A program made the translations under genes and the position numbers. DNA of 64,000 nucleotides from positions 62,496,001 through 62,560,000 of the forward strand of contig NC_042999.1 in the NCBI RefSeq assembly GCF_006345805.1, read 5' to 3'. The first letter of the stretch is position 1, and each line of letters begins with the position of its first letter. Under the pieces are notes generated by a model that was not told the origin of the DNA, made no database searches, and was given only the letters and a program-made list of their open reading frames with translations. This document shows, piece after piece, positions 26,945 to 39,960 of the stretch. Source of the DNA: Octopus sinensis (lineage: Eukaryota).

Positions 26945-28299
26945 CATTTAAAATATCATATCTTTTGAATAACTTTTCCCTTATTTTATTTTAATTATAT
27001 TGTATCTGGTTCAGTGTTGTACTCCAGTTTAGCTTTTCTAAGTTGATTTAAATGGATGTCATATGTCATGCGAGTAACTGCTTTTCTCTATCCCATAATT
27101 TATAACTGTGGAGTATTCAAAACATGTAACTAAGAATATTGCTCTTTTGTTTTGGAGCTGATATCCGAAACAAATAAAGGGAAAATTACCATTGCATAAA
27201 GCAAGATTATGTATCAACCACCTGGTATCAGAATTTAACCAGCATATATAGCTACTACTCAAAATTGTCAGATGAAAAATAATAAGATGCATAGAGTTAC
27301 TGTGATAACACATGTGACTTTATATATTATCACAGTGATATATTATTATGTATAATTTATGCAACAGTATATATTATCACAGCAATATGTTATGTATAAT
27401 TTATATGATAATATATGATGCATAAAGTCACTGTGTCTTATTTCTTATATTTTGTCCTGTTTTGACCTTATAGAAAAAAATTGAAAACATATATCAGACA
27501 ATGCTCCATGGAAACTATACTGCTCTGATACATACATATATAGATTTATGCTATACATGACATTGATATACATTAAGTTCATATTTAGGCAATCATATCC
27601 TTTAAGTTACTACTTTTTGTTCAGTATTTATTAATTTTTTTAATATTTATTTTACATATTTATTTCAGTCTTCTTTTTCTTTTGAAGTGTCTTGTGTATG
27701 AAATAATTGTCAGTAGTTTTATGTAAATCAATTTAGTTTTGTCCTTTTTTTTCTTATTTTTAGTATGCCTGGAAAATTGTGGAGAGACTTTACTTTGATG
27801 AGAATGAGTTTAATTGATAATTATCACTAAATTAGTTTAATCAAAAATATATATATATTTTTTAACCTGCACTAAATAATGACAAGAAAAACAACTACAA
27901 TAATAATACTTTCAATCTATAAGCACAAGACTGAAATTTTGCGCAGTGGGGGTCATTTGATAGCACTGATCCCAGTACTAAACTGGTACTTACTTCAGTG
28001 AAGATGAAATTTTGGAAGGCAAAATTTGAACTCAGAATATAAAAATGGACAAAATGCTGTTAAATATTTTGTCCAATGTGCTAATGATTTTGCCAGCTTA
28101 CCACCTTAATAATAATGATGATAATAAACTGTGTGTTATTCTTCTCCCACAGACATCAGTGTTTTCAGTTGCATAGCACCTCACCTGTTAACATCTTCAG
28201 ACAAGCAAAACCTTGTTGTCCCTTGACGTCTCTGGTTGAGACTTGGATGCAAATCATATTAAAGAAAGTAAAACCAAAAACGTAGCATAATAATAATAT

Positions 28300-28565
28300 G
28301 AATGTAGTTGTTAAGGAACAGGAAAATACCAAGACTTAACAAGAGAATGCAAAACACTGTAGAGGGTTTGCAAAAGTAAACCCAGCAGTTATAGATGCCT
28401 TATGTACCATTTACCAACAGACTTGACAGTTTCTTTATTGAGTTTAGTGTAACTATGAGATTTGCATTAATACAGAAATCTATTCTATTAGGAACAGCAA
28501 GGATTATTCGAAAGGTTTTGGTATTTAAGGAAACTAGTTATGACTTGTGCTTGCCTTTAATTAAT
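28300..28565 (+). mobile_element. Decayed RLE-type LINE 3' fragment
   Basis: LIQKSILLGTARIIRKVL matches the C-terminus seen at 18022-18325. Confidence 0.6.
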
Positions 28566-31115
28566 AACAGTGATCATCAAAGACATTTTATGATACAAAT
28601 TAAAAGCAAATACAAACTGAGTTGTACATTAATGTTCCAGTGATGAAAATAAATCAAAAATTGTTGTAGTGTATCTTATTAATATGATTTGGGATCAAAT
28701 AGAGAGCGATGTGGGAAAATATATCTTAATTCCTACATTTTTACCACTTTAAAACTTTTCAGGTGGTTACTTTATCAAATAAAATTATTTTATGTAATCT
28801 TTCTTTAAATATATTTTATTTAACAAAATTATATTTTCATAAGGCTTATTAAAACATTGTTTATTTTCTTAATGTAATCAAAGATTGAATTAAAGTTTAA
28901 ATAGAAGTCAAACTTTTAAAATTTCTTAAAAGAATGAGTAAAAAAATGTATTGAAATTTAAATAATTATATTTAATGCATTCATAAAATATTTCCTCATC
29001 TTCCTTTGTATTGGTGTGTGTGTGTGTGTGTGCAAATATATGCACACATATGCATGGTGCTCTTTTTCTTGAATAAGGTCAAAAAAATATCTGAATTTGC
29101 CTTGATTCAAATGAAGTTAATATTCTATGTTACATTGATTCATAACTCTAGAAATCATAAAAGAATATTAGAAACGCATCATATATATATACATATATAT
29201 AGATATATATATCAAATTTCATGTAGTTATTTGCAGTGACCTTACTGAAACTAATGCTCACTAAAAGAGTGACTCAGAGAGGACATTAATATCCAGGAAT
29301 ATTTGATGCATTATAAACAATTAGTAGAGTTGGAAATGATACATTTAATGTAGTGAGCCAAGAAACTCTAATATACTCTTAGTGAAGAGAAAAATCAAGA
29401 GGAACATCTCTAAAATTTTAAATTAATAAAAATAAAATGCTGTAGGAAGTTTGTCTGTAGCAGTATGGTGACAACTCTGAGCTTGTCTCTCCTATGGTTT
29501 TCGACCAGAATTAATGATAAAACTAAAAATAGTTATTCTCTCACCATTATCTACTATTGGATCTACCTAAATGTAACTGCTGTATCAGATGTGCTGTAAT
29601 TTGGAGATCTTTTTTGTGATAAAAATGCGATATGAGGTTGTGGGGATATCTTTTTCTTATTGCACTGGTTGAAATATTTGTTCATTCTTTTCATGGTCAA
29701 CCATTTAGGTATTACTTTGATTTCTGTTTCTAATAAGGGTTAACTTGGTAAATGCTTTGATCAAAAGCCTCAAAACAAATCGCTATAATTTTACTCATTT
29801 ACTGGTTTCAACAATCTGGCTATGACAATACTATGGCACCACCATTAAATAATTTAATAATATTTTCTCTATTCGCCACATCAGTGATCAAAATAATTAC
29901 CATTATCGCCATATGCTCTTATCATCATTAATATTGCATCTCTCGTTACTAAAAGATTTATCATTTTTTCTTTCCCTCCTTCTCTTTCAAAGCCTACTAT
30001 TTCAAACCATAGGCACAAAGTTGTCTCCATATCATTAACATCAAATGTTTTTTGTCCACAATTAATTTTCACCCATTAGAATCCTTTTAGTTTAAATTAG
30101 AAACATTTCTGTTTAGTTTGCATTTTCCTTATTTATCAAGTTACTAAACTGACTTCTAAAACAGCATCCAAATAAAACTCCCTCAAATCATAGTCTGCTA
30201 GAAATAGCAGTCTAATAAATCATCCTGACATCAATCTTATTTAAGATCAAGAGCATATCAGGCAATGTAATCCTAAGTATATAAAAATGCCTTTGATCAT
30301 AGGTTTTCTTGATTAGGACTGGGAATAAACAACAACGAAATAAACTAGTTTGGGATTTTACATTCTGTTTTGTTTTTTGTTGTTGTTTTTTCAATAGTTT
30401 TCATGGTTTTCAAATTTCAAATGTTGTTTATTGATGTTTTTATAAATAGTTTTCTCTTTGACAGAAGTAGAAAGAAACTTTAATCAAAAAAATTCTGCTA
30501 CTGTTTCTTCTTTTACATTTTGTCATTGAACTTGCACAAAAGCTTTTGATACACATCAGAATAAATAGCTCCCCCAACCCAGAAAAATAATATCTTTCAA
30601 GTAAATAGTACAAATTCAATAACTGCTTGTTCTTTTAGTATTTTGTTGTCTTAACTATTAAAACCTTCTTAATTTTTCATAACTGATTGTTTAAAGATTA
30701 TTTCAAACATTTTTAGAGATGTGGGTTTATAAAATTATAATTATCATGAAATTTTGCAATAATAGTAGTTTTACAATTTAGTGTGAAATATTCTTTATAA
30801 AAATATCTATTGTCCATAATTTCATAAAATTTCATTAACAATGATTCTGCAAGTGATGTACAACAACACTAACATCTAAATCTATATTTACATAACCTTT
30901 CATTATGAAAGACTCAAAAGTTTAGATGCACCTAATTTTCAAAACGTTTTTACAATCAAATAGTGATATTCATTGAGAAGAAAACTTTATTATTTAAAAT
31001 ATAATTAATAGATAATTATACAAAAATAGAACTCTGAAAAAAAAAATGTTCTCATTTCAACAATATTTCAAAGCGGTTCATTTCTCAATGTATTTTAAAA
31101 TGTAGTAGTCAAATG

Positions 31116-31416
31116 TTGTTTGTCCCTTCTCGAGCCATGCCTGGCTCATAAGGGCTGGTTTCCTGGTTTCCTTGGTATATAGGTTCCCCACCTGGACAGG
31201 ACGCCAATCCATCGCAGGTGAGCTGCAAGATGCAGGAGGAAAGAGTGAGAGAAAATTGTGGTGAAAGATTTAGAAGTTCGCCATTACGTTCTGCCAGAGC
31301 CGCATGGAGCTTAGGTGTTTTGCTCATAAACACACACATCGCCCAGTCTGAGACTCGAACCCACAAACCCTTGACTGCGAATCCATTGCTCTAACCACTA
31401 GGCCATGTGCCTCCAC
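31116..31416 (-). mobile_element. tRNA-derived SINE family C, full length
   Basis: A and B boxes on the minus strand; 12-bp TSD agtagtcaaatg at 31104-31115 and 31417-31428. Confidence 0.9.
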
Positions 31417-31904
31417 AGTAGTCAAATGGCTTCTCATTTATTTATGTTAGAAATGAGAAAAATCTTCATAAGTCATGATAATTAACCCTTTAAAAACATT
31501 AATGCTTGCATTGAATTTGAAGAGAAGGTTAACCTCCATGATATAACATTGGAACATAGGGTTTCACAGCAACTTTAGATTTATAGTGAAATGGCTTGTT
31601 TAAGATAAGTGTAGCACATGAAAATTGAAAATAAGATGTAAAACTTTGTTGGATTCACATTGTAAGAAACAGCAAAAAATCTAACCAGATGGCTCCCGAG
31701 TAAGAGTTTCTGATTGTTACTACATACAAAGATGTTAAATTTAAAAAAGGTAGTGGGATGTATTGTATATATATCATTTGCATATGTGGTGGGGGGGGGC
31801 AGAGTTAGTGGTAATCAACAGAAAGTCATGCATACAGAAAAGGAAAATATTTTGAAAGGTTTCAAAATTGGTTGAAATGTATATTTACAGGGTCCTATTA
31901 TTAA

Positions 31905-32198
31905 CCTAGTGGTTAGAGCAGCGGACTTGCGGTCGAGGGATCACGGGTTCGAATCTCAGACCAGGCGATGTGTGTGTTTATGAGCGAAACACTTAAGCTC
32001 CACGCAGCTCTGGCAGAAGGTAATGGCGAACTTCTGCTGACTCTTTCGCCACAACTTTCTCTCACTCTTTCCTCCTGCATCTTGCAACTCACCTGCGACA
32101 AACCGGCATCCCGTCCAGGTGGGGAACCAATACGCAAAGGAAACTGGGAAACCAGCCCTTATGACTCAGGCATGGCTTGAGAAGGAACAAACAAAAAC
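31905..32198 (+). mobile_element. tRNA-derived SINE family C, slightly 5' truncated
   Basis: cctagtggttagagc...gggttcgaatctc; TSD attattaa; reverse complement of 31116-31416. Confidence 0.9.
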
Positions 32199-32721
32199 AT
32201 TATTAATGCAGGCACATGTGGGTCATTTAATAGGGAAACTTTTGATTCTAATACTTTGCAGTGGGCATAATCCATAAGAGAATTTGACTTGAAAGTTTTT
32301 TAAGGCATATTTTGTCAGTGTCAATTAGAGCAGTTTTAGTTTTTGCCATATTGCTCGAAAGAGACAGTAAAACTCTTTTGTAAAAAATTGCAAGTTCTGC
32401 AAAATAGAAGATAATCTTCTTGCTAGTTGAATCTTCCATCTAATTTCAATCCCTAGTTGTAACTGTTTCCTTTCGTTTATACTTACAAGGTCTTTGAATA
32501 TTGCAAGTTCCAAGCTCCTTCCTTGAAGTCAGTAGGGTTAGACACTCATTTATGGACATCTTATATTATGTAAAAGTCAGTTCGATGATTATTTATCCCA
32601 GTAATGTGAGATAAATTAAATAGCTACTGATTGAGAATTAACAGATAGGATCACATGACTACACAAGATCATTTTTAAACTTTTACACCCGTGAACACTT
32701 ACTCATGTTCATTTTCATGTT

Positions 32722-32975
32722 CATCATCATCATCATCATTTAACATCCGTTTTCCATGCTGGCAAGGGTTGGACAGTTTGACCGGGGTCTGGCAAGCCAG
32801 GAGGCTGCACCAGGCTCCATTCTGATCCAGCAGTGTTTCTACAGCTGGATGCCCTTCCTAATGCCAACCACACCGTGAGTGTAGTGGGTACTTTTTTACA
32901 TGCCACCAGCACAGGTGCCAGAGGAGGCTGGCAATGGCCACAATTGGTTGGTGCTTTTTACATGCCACCGGCACA
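32722..32975 (-). mobile_element. RTE-associated 3' end fragment
   Basis: (CAT)n followed by ...ctacagctggatgcccttcctaatgccaacc, reverse complement of the 35560-35730 terminus. Confidence 0.8.
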
Positions 32976-33292
32976 TTGTAATATAATATAAAAAAGATTA
33001 TTTAATTTTTGCATATGTACACTTGTTAAAAATCATTATGTATGTGTATGTGTGTGTGTCTGTCTCTGTGCATGTGTATATGTGTCATGCATATCTTTAT
33101 GTTTGCAAACATTTATACATTAAAAATAAATAACAAAATCTCTTAATACTTAGTTTGTAAACACTAAAAGAAGACATAATATTAATTCATAAAAATCTAT
33201 TATTTTCATGAATTATCTTTCATATAATAAGGCATCATACTGTTATTGATGTGAAATAACAGAAAAATATGAAAGATATGATGAGCTTCTCT

Positions 33293-33344
<52 letters not shown>

Positions 33345-34294
33345 TCCCTTGTTATGCCCTACATATATATATATATACACATGCATTTTCTCCCTTAACA
33401 TTCTTACTGTTATATATGATAGAATCCACACTCATTAGTTTCATGTATCATCTAATTTAAATATTTTCAATGAGTCGTCCTACCAGGAACAAACAGTAAC
33501 ATTATATTTCACTGTACAAGGAATTCTTTTATCATTAAAAGATGAAATCTATATTCATTTAATACTTGTAAAAAGAAAATCTGGAAAATTCTGAAAATAG
33601 CAAATGTTTTCAAGCGTCAGTTATATTTAGAAAATAATTTTCATTGTAACTTAAGCATGAGTTGCTAAATTAATTGCTTCTCTGTAAATATCTTTCATTG
33701 TTGTTGGCATGGCTGCTCCAGTCAGTGGTGCTGGGAAGAGCTAACCAGATGACTGTAAATCTCTGCTACATCTGTGCAACTTGCTCATGTGTGGTATATA
33801 TATCTATATATATGTCAACTTTTGTATTGTTTTAATCAGCTGTCTGTATGTGCAATGTCATGTAGATGGTCAATCAAATTCCCTGTTCTAGAAAAGCTGT
33901 TTAGTTTGAATCCCACTTTAGACAACTGCTAGTAGATCCCTTGTGTGAAACCTCTTGTATTCAGATGTGTTGGTAATATTGGTAACCCTGATCTATAGAG
34001 TTATGTTGATTGAGTTATTTTTTGTATGAGCTACAAATAATTTTCCAAATGTTTAAGGAAGCTGAACAGATATGTCACATCTGAAAAGCTGTGGGTTTTC
34101 TTTTTTTTTTTTTTTATTACATTTTCATTACAGCTGATGTTGCTGAAATATGTTCCAAGAATTTAATATTTTCAGACGGCTCAATTCAACATCAACTAAC
34201 TTGTAGAATGAAAGTAATTTTTACTCTTTTTACTGAATATAAACTTTATGAATTTCTATTTCATAACAAACTGCATCATTATTTGTTTTGTTAG

Positions 34295-34402
34295 GTTTAA
34301 AAGTTGTTGGTGGTCGAATGACAGAAAAAGGTCAACTTGGTGCATTCATTACAAAAGTAAAAAAAGGCAGCATAGCAGATACTGTAGGCCACTTGCGGGC
34401 AG
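34295..34402 (+). CDS. RIMS: RIM exon, PDZ domain part 1 (GLKVVGGRMTEKGQLGAFITKVKKGSIADTVGHLRA)
   Basis: ttag acceptor, g|gtaatg donor, phase 1-1; peptide closely matches the RIM PDZ. Confidence 0.96.
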
Positions 34403-37400
34403 GTAATGTATTTAAGAAATTGCATGAATATAAATTTTATATACATTCGTTACTTATTTATATATTTTTATAAAACTATTTTGATTTTACTTCATAGTAT
34501 GTAATTTCATTAAATAATTTTTTGGTAAATTACTTGAGTATTTCTTATATTTTGTTCCCAAATACAAAATACTTTTCAGATTACTCAATCCATCTGCATT
34601 ACCAGTAGAATAAAATAATGTTCTTTTTTCTTCATTATATTATAAAATGCATTAAAATATTTTGTTTATCAGGAGATGAAGTTGTGGAATGGAATGGACG
34701 ATCATTGCGTGAAGCCACATTTGAAGAAGTGTATGACATCATTTTTGAAACCAAACACGAACCTCAAGTAGAGCTAATTGTACATAGAAATGCAAAGTAA
34801 GTGTTAAAAGATTTTTATGGTATATCATCTCTCAACACACCTTTACATTACAAGATATTCCTGATGTCAAAGTATATCAAAACAACTAAACGCCTATTTT
34901 TCGGGGGATGGAGGCTTCTTCTTTTAACTAGAGGTAGACCCAGGAAAACCTGGGATGAAGTGGTGAAGCTTCGAACTTTAGGCCTCACCAAGGAAATGAC
35001 CAGTAACTGAGACCTTTGGAAATATGCAGTGTGTGAGAAGACCTGGCAAGCCAAATGAGACCATAACCTCATGGCCTATGCCAGGGGCGTAACCAGCCCA
35101 CTTATGCGTACCTTTTCCTTCTTTGGAGACTAAACTCTGCTTGTGAAGACCTGTTGAGGCAAGTGAAATCAAAATCAAAGTGAAATTCGATGATGGGCAC
35201 CCGTGCTAGCGGAGTACAAAGAGCACCATACAAGCATGATCGTTGACAGAGCAGCTAACTGGCTTCCATGCCAGTGGCACATAAAAGGCACCATTCGAGT
35301 GTGATCGTTACCAGTGTCACCTTACTGGCACTTGTGCCCAGTGCTAGTAGGGTGCTAAGAGCACCATCTGAGCGTGATCGTTGCCAGAGCGGCTAACTGG
35401 CTTCCATGCCAGTGGCATGTAAAAGGCACCATTTGAGCATGATCGTTACCAGCATCGCCTTACTGGCACCTGTGCCAGTGGAATGTGTAAAAAGATTTGA
35501 GCAAAGTCGTTGCCAGTACTGCCTGACTGGCCCCCGTGCCGGCGGCACGTAAAAAGCACCCACTACACTCTCGGAGTGGTTGGCGTTAGGAAGGGCATCC
35601 AGCTGTAGAAACTCTGCCAGATCTAGACTGGAGCCTGGTGCAGCCATCTGGTTCGCCAGCCCTCAGTCAAACCGTCCAACCCATGCTAGCATGGAAAGTG
35701 GACATTAAACGATGATGATGATGATGATGAACTAAAAAATTCTTGTCAGACATTCAACACAAATTTTTATTACTCATTTTTGTATTATTTTACTATTATA
35801 TTATTGTTCTAAGTAAAAATCTGTGAGCAACAGTTAATGAATCAATGATAATATCATTTTGAAAATTTATATTCTGATTGCAATGCATGAATACATCAGG
35901 ATAGTACAGTCTTGGTCAGAGTAGGGAATACAATTTTAATCTTCACTTCATTACAAAAATTTTATTTTATCTACCCATGTGTTTGAAATGGAGGCAAAAG
36001 ATCATAAGCATTTTAATGAATTTAACATTTATGCTCTATAGCAGCATTGGTAATAACCCTAACTTTGAACAGTTTTTAGTCTTTCTGCAAAGAGGTCATA
36101 CTTATTCTAACATAAAGTTAGGATGCATAGAAAATCATTTGATTATTAAAAAATTCTGTTTCAGTTATAGCTTTGATATACAAAATATCAAAATACCCAT
36201 TATCGGATCAGGAGTGCATTTGTCAATCTAATAATGCAGTTGTAGAACAGTATTGTGTAAATTGTTATTGAATGAACTAATGAGTGGCCTACTTTACACC
36301 ACTGTAATGTTAACTTAACTTGATGTATCCTGTTGAACTGAGTAAATTCAGAACCATAGATATGAAAAAAATAATGATTATTTGATTTTAAGATTCTCTT
36401 AAAATGCAGAATAATTGATTTTGATAGCTATTTTATAATAGAACTCCTTTAAATAATCATTTCCTATTTTTGTTTTCTCAGAACTGGTGAGATTCCTCCT
36501 GGATTGCAGCAAATTGAGCCTTCAGGTAGAGGTAAGTGATAAAGTTTGTTAAATTTCAGCTGTTAAAATAGCTTTACAAATACACAAACCAAACACTTTA
36601 CCACCTTAAAATAGAATTGGCATACTGGATAATGTAGTTCTAGATATATTATCTGAAAATAAGATGAGAACAGCCTTGCACATATGACTTCTTGATCAGA
36701 GCTGACCAGAGAATAAAGTATAATCTCATACAAACAAGGTCAAATATTATAGAATAATTACTCTACTCTCTTTTACTTGTTTCAGTCATTTGACTGTGGC
36801 CATGCTGGATCACCGCTTTTAGTTGAGCAAATCGACCCCAGGACTTATTCTTTGGATGCCTAGTACTTATTCTATCAGTATCTTTTGCCGAACCGCTAAA
36901 TTACAGGAACGTAAGCACACCAGCATCGGTTGTCAAGTGATGTTGGGGGGGACAAACACAGACACAAACATATGCACACACACACTTATATATATATATA
37001 TACATACATACGACAGGCTTCTTTCAGTTTCCATCTATCAAATCCACTCACAAGGCTTTGGTCAGCCTGAGGCTATAGTAGAAGACACTTGCCCAAGGTG
37101 CCACGCAGTGGGAAGGAACCCGGAACCATGTGGTTGGTAAGCAAGCTACTTACCACACAGCCACTCTGATGCCTACAAATTACAATTGAGTAATTTTTAT
37201 TAAAAATTGCATTTTGATTGGATATTCTTAGATGCACATATTAATAGATATTATTAGAAATCTATTGCAGTTATTTAAATAGGTTCATCAAAATAATACA
37301 ATATAACAGTTGACCACAATGCTAATTGCCTGGATCAGCCAGGCTGTCTGGTGCCGAGACGACTCTGCTGGCCACAGCATTTGCTCCATTCCTCTTGTGC

Positions 37401-39929
37401 TCTTGCCATTCTCCTCCACGTTGTTCCAAACATCTTTCTTAAATCATCATCTCACCTGATTGGAGGTCTTCCGATCGGTCTCTTCCATTCATGCGGGTAC
37501 CACTTAGCTACTGCACGGGTCCAATCTCTTCAACAGCAGAGTCTTACCTGTAATGCTAATGCACGTGAAACTTGGGCCTTGACGAGGAGAAAAGAACAAC
37601 ATCTGTTTACGGCGCAGACAACCATGGAAAGGTCAATGTTAGGAATCTCACTAAGGGATCACATCCAGAATGAGGAGATCAGGGATAGAACTGGAGTGAA
37701 GGACATCATTGCTGAATATCACCACACAAAATACGATGGGCCAGTCATGTCACAAGGTTCACAGACACGATGCTAATACACTCATAAAGTCATGAATGAT
37801 TTCTTTTCTCAACCATGAAATGGATTTTTTTTCTACTATTCATGCTTTTCATATTTGCTTCCAATCAAAGTAGTCAAAGCTTTTAAAGTTTGATTCAAAC
37901 CTATAGGAGTGACATGTCTCTCTCTTTTGAGACATTCTGCAGCTGTGGAGGTTTTACTTTGATGAGAAATCTGTGTGTAACAGCTTTACTTCTTAATGTT
38001 TTAATGTTGTATTCTCTGCAAGATCAATGCCGTAAGGCCAAGTGACAGTGGGTTTGATTTTATTTTTACTTATGAGCAATTACAGTTAGCAAGTAATATG
38101 GTCCATGTTTGTTTTGCAGGAGTATGTTCACAATATGATAGTTTCTCCTTTGTAAGTCATTTTTATTGTGATTGACCAGTTTTACTTTATGCTGTTGGCA
38201 TTTAGCCTTTTAGCGTTCACATTATTTCATCAAGTGTAATAATTATTCATTCTTATTGTTTTAAATTAATCATACATTCTCTTGTAGCTTTGAAATTTTG
38301 ATAATGTGATTGTTTATTTTTAGAATGATATAGTAGGATAGGTGTGAGAGGTCAGATCTAGCCAGTTTTTGAACAGAAGCCAGGTATTATTTACATTTGA
38401 CAGATATTTGTCCTCATCTTCTTTGTTGTTAACATGTTTCGACTGATATACACTCCAGCCTTCATTGGGTGTCTTGGGGAAATTTCAAACCTGGGTTCAC
38501 ATTCCTAAGGTATTTTTTTATATTATTATTATTATTATTCAGGTCACTGCTTGGAATTGAACTCAGAATCTTGGGGTTAGTAGCCCACACTCTTAACCAC
38601 TACGCCCACGGGCATATGGCATATTGGTTATGAGCGCAGGTTACTAACCCCAAGATTCCGAGTTTGATTCCAGGCAGTGACCTGAATGATAATAATAATA
38701 ATAATAATAATAATATCGAAAAATACTTTAGGAATGAGAACCCAGGTTCGAAATTTCCCCAAGACACCTGAAGAAGGCCGGAGGGTATATCAGCCGAAAC
38801 GTTGTGTTAACAACAAACAAGATGACAAATATCCATCAAATGTAAATAATGTACATAATTCCTCATCTCTTAAATATAGAACAGAAAGCAGGTATATTTG
38901 AGCTGGATATAGCCAGTTTAAATGCCAAAGGATCAATTATTCACTTTCACACATTTAAGAGTGGTGAAACTCTGTTTAGATAGTCTCCAACAATTGCTGG
39001 CTGTCAATATACAATATTCTGATACTTATTTCCATTCATTACAGGGACGATAAGAGTTGTCTATTATTAATTCCTTTACATATGGAGTACATAGGCTCTT
39101 GTAGAATTTCTCCATAAAATTTTTCAAAATATAGATAATTATAAGTATCTTAATGGACACTATATATAATTACTCCAACTCATGAATTCCATTTCATTGA
39201 AGGGGAAAATTCTTCAGTTATTTATATATAAATAACTGAAGAATTTTTTAGCAATGTTCTTGGTTATGAAGATCCAAACTTTCTGATATTTGTGACATAA
39301 CAAGTTCACATAATTTACTATTCGCAACAAAAGAGTTGAAGCGAAGTAAGGTTTCTTGTGTCTTTTAGTAGTAAAGCTCATTACACCTATTGAAATCTGT
39401 TTAATAACAAAGGATATTATAAGCAATTTATCTTAATTATTGAAATGATGTATGTTTATATATTCTCACAATTTCCTTTTTCTTTTTTTTTTGTTATTTT
39501 AAATTACTTTTCAGCAGATTATAGTTCAAAAGATGGTCTCATGACTCGTCCCAGTGTCATGGTCACTTCCCCTGGATCACCGAGTGCCTCAGGAAAGCGG
39601 GTCCATTCACCGCAAATTACCGGAAAAATTCAAGTAAATTATCATAACATTTATTTTACAGATATCATTGTCATTGTATCATTGTACTTGTTAAAAATAT
39701 TTCTTTCTATCGTCTGTCATCATTTAATGTCCATTTTCCATGCCGGCATGGGTCATGGCCAATGCCCTTCCTGTTACCAACCCTCACCTGTTTCCAAGCA
39801 AGTTAGTATTTCCCCATTCAGGCATGTTTTCCATGAAAGACTGGAAATGAGTGGCATCAGTTGTATGATGGTGTTACTTGTTTGCAATCATCACATGATG
39901 TCAAAACAAGGGAACACAAAATACACACA

Positions 39930-39960
<31 letters not shown>

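Larger units (their letters stand above)
38202..38936. mobile_element. piggyBac-like MITE (same family as 14021-14240, opposite orientation) interrupted by fold-back element 3
   Basis: Degenerate TIRs ccttttagcgttca / taaatgccaaagg; internal sequence collinear with the reverse complement of 14021-14240 on both sides of the insert. Confidence 0.65.

Noticed and set aside
27285-27440. Mixed short direct and inverted repeats (gatgcataRagtYactgtg; ctgtgataa/ttatcacag)
   Set aside because: Short and AT-rich; consistent with local slippage or template switching, with no defined element ends.
28150-28210. Minus-strand CTGAAGA...GAAA spacing reminiscent of a hammerhead
   Set aside because: Stems I and III cannot be paired convincingly and there is no inverted partner arm.
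31905-31975. tRNA gene-like sequences (also 2300-2365, 23180-23250, 38618-38683, 53875-53945)
   Set aside because: They continue into repeat bodies, several with TSDs, and lack a complete acceptor stem; they are SINE heads, not tRNA genes.
32248-32530. Minus-strand ORFs with a vague hAT-like IEIRW motif
   Set aside because: Too degenerate and no TIRs found; cannot be supported without a profile search.
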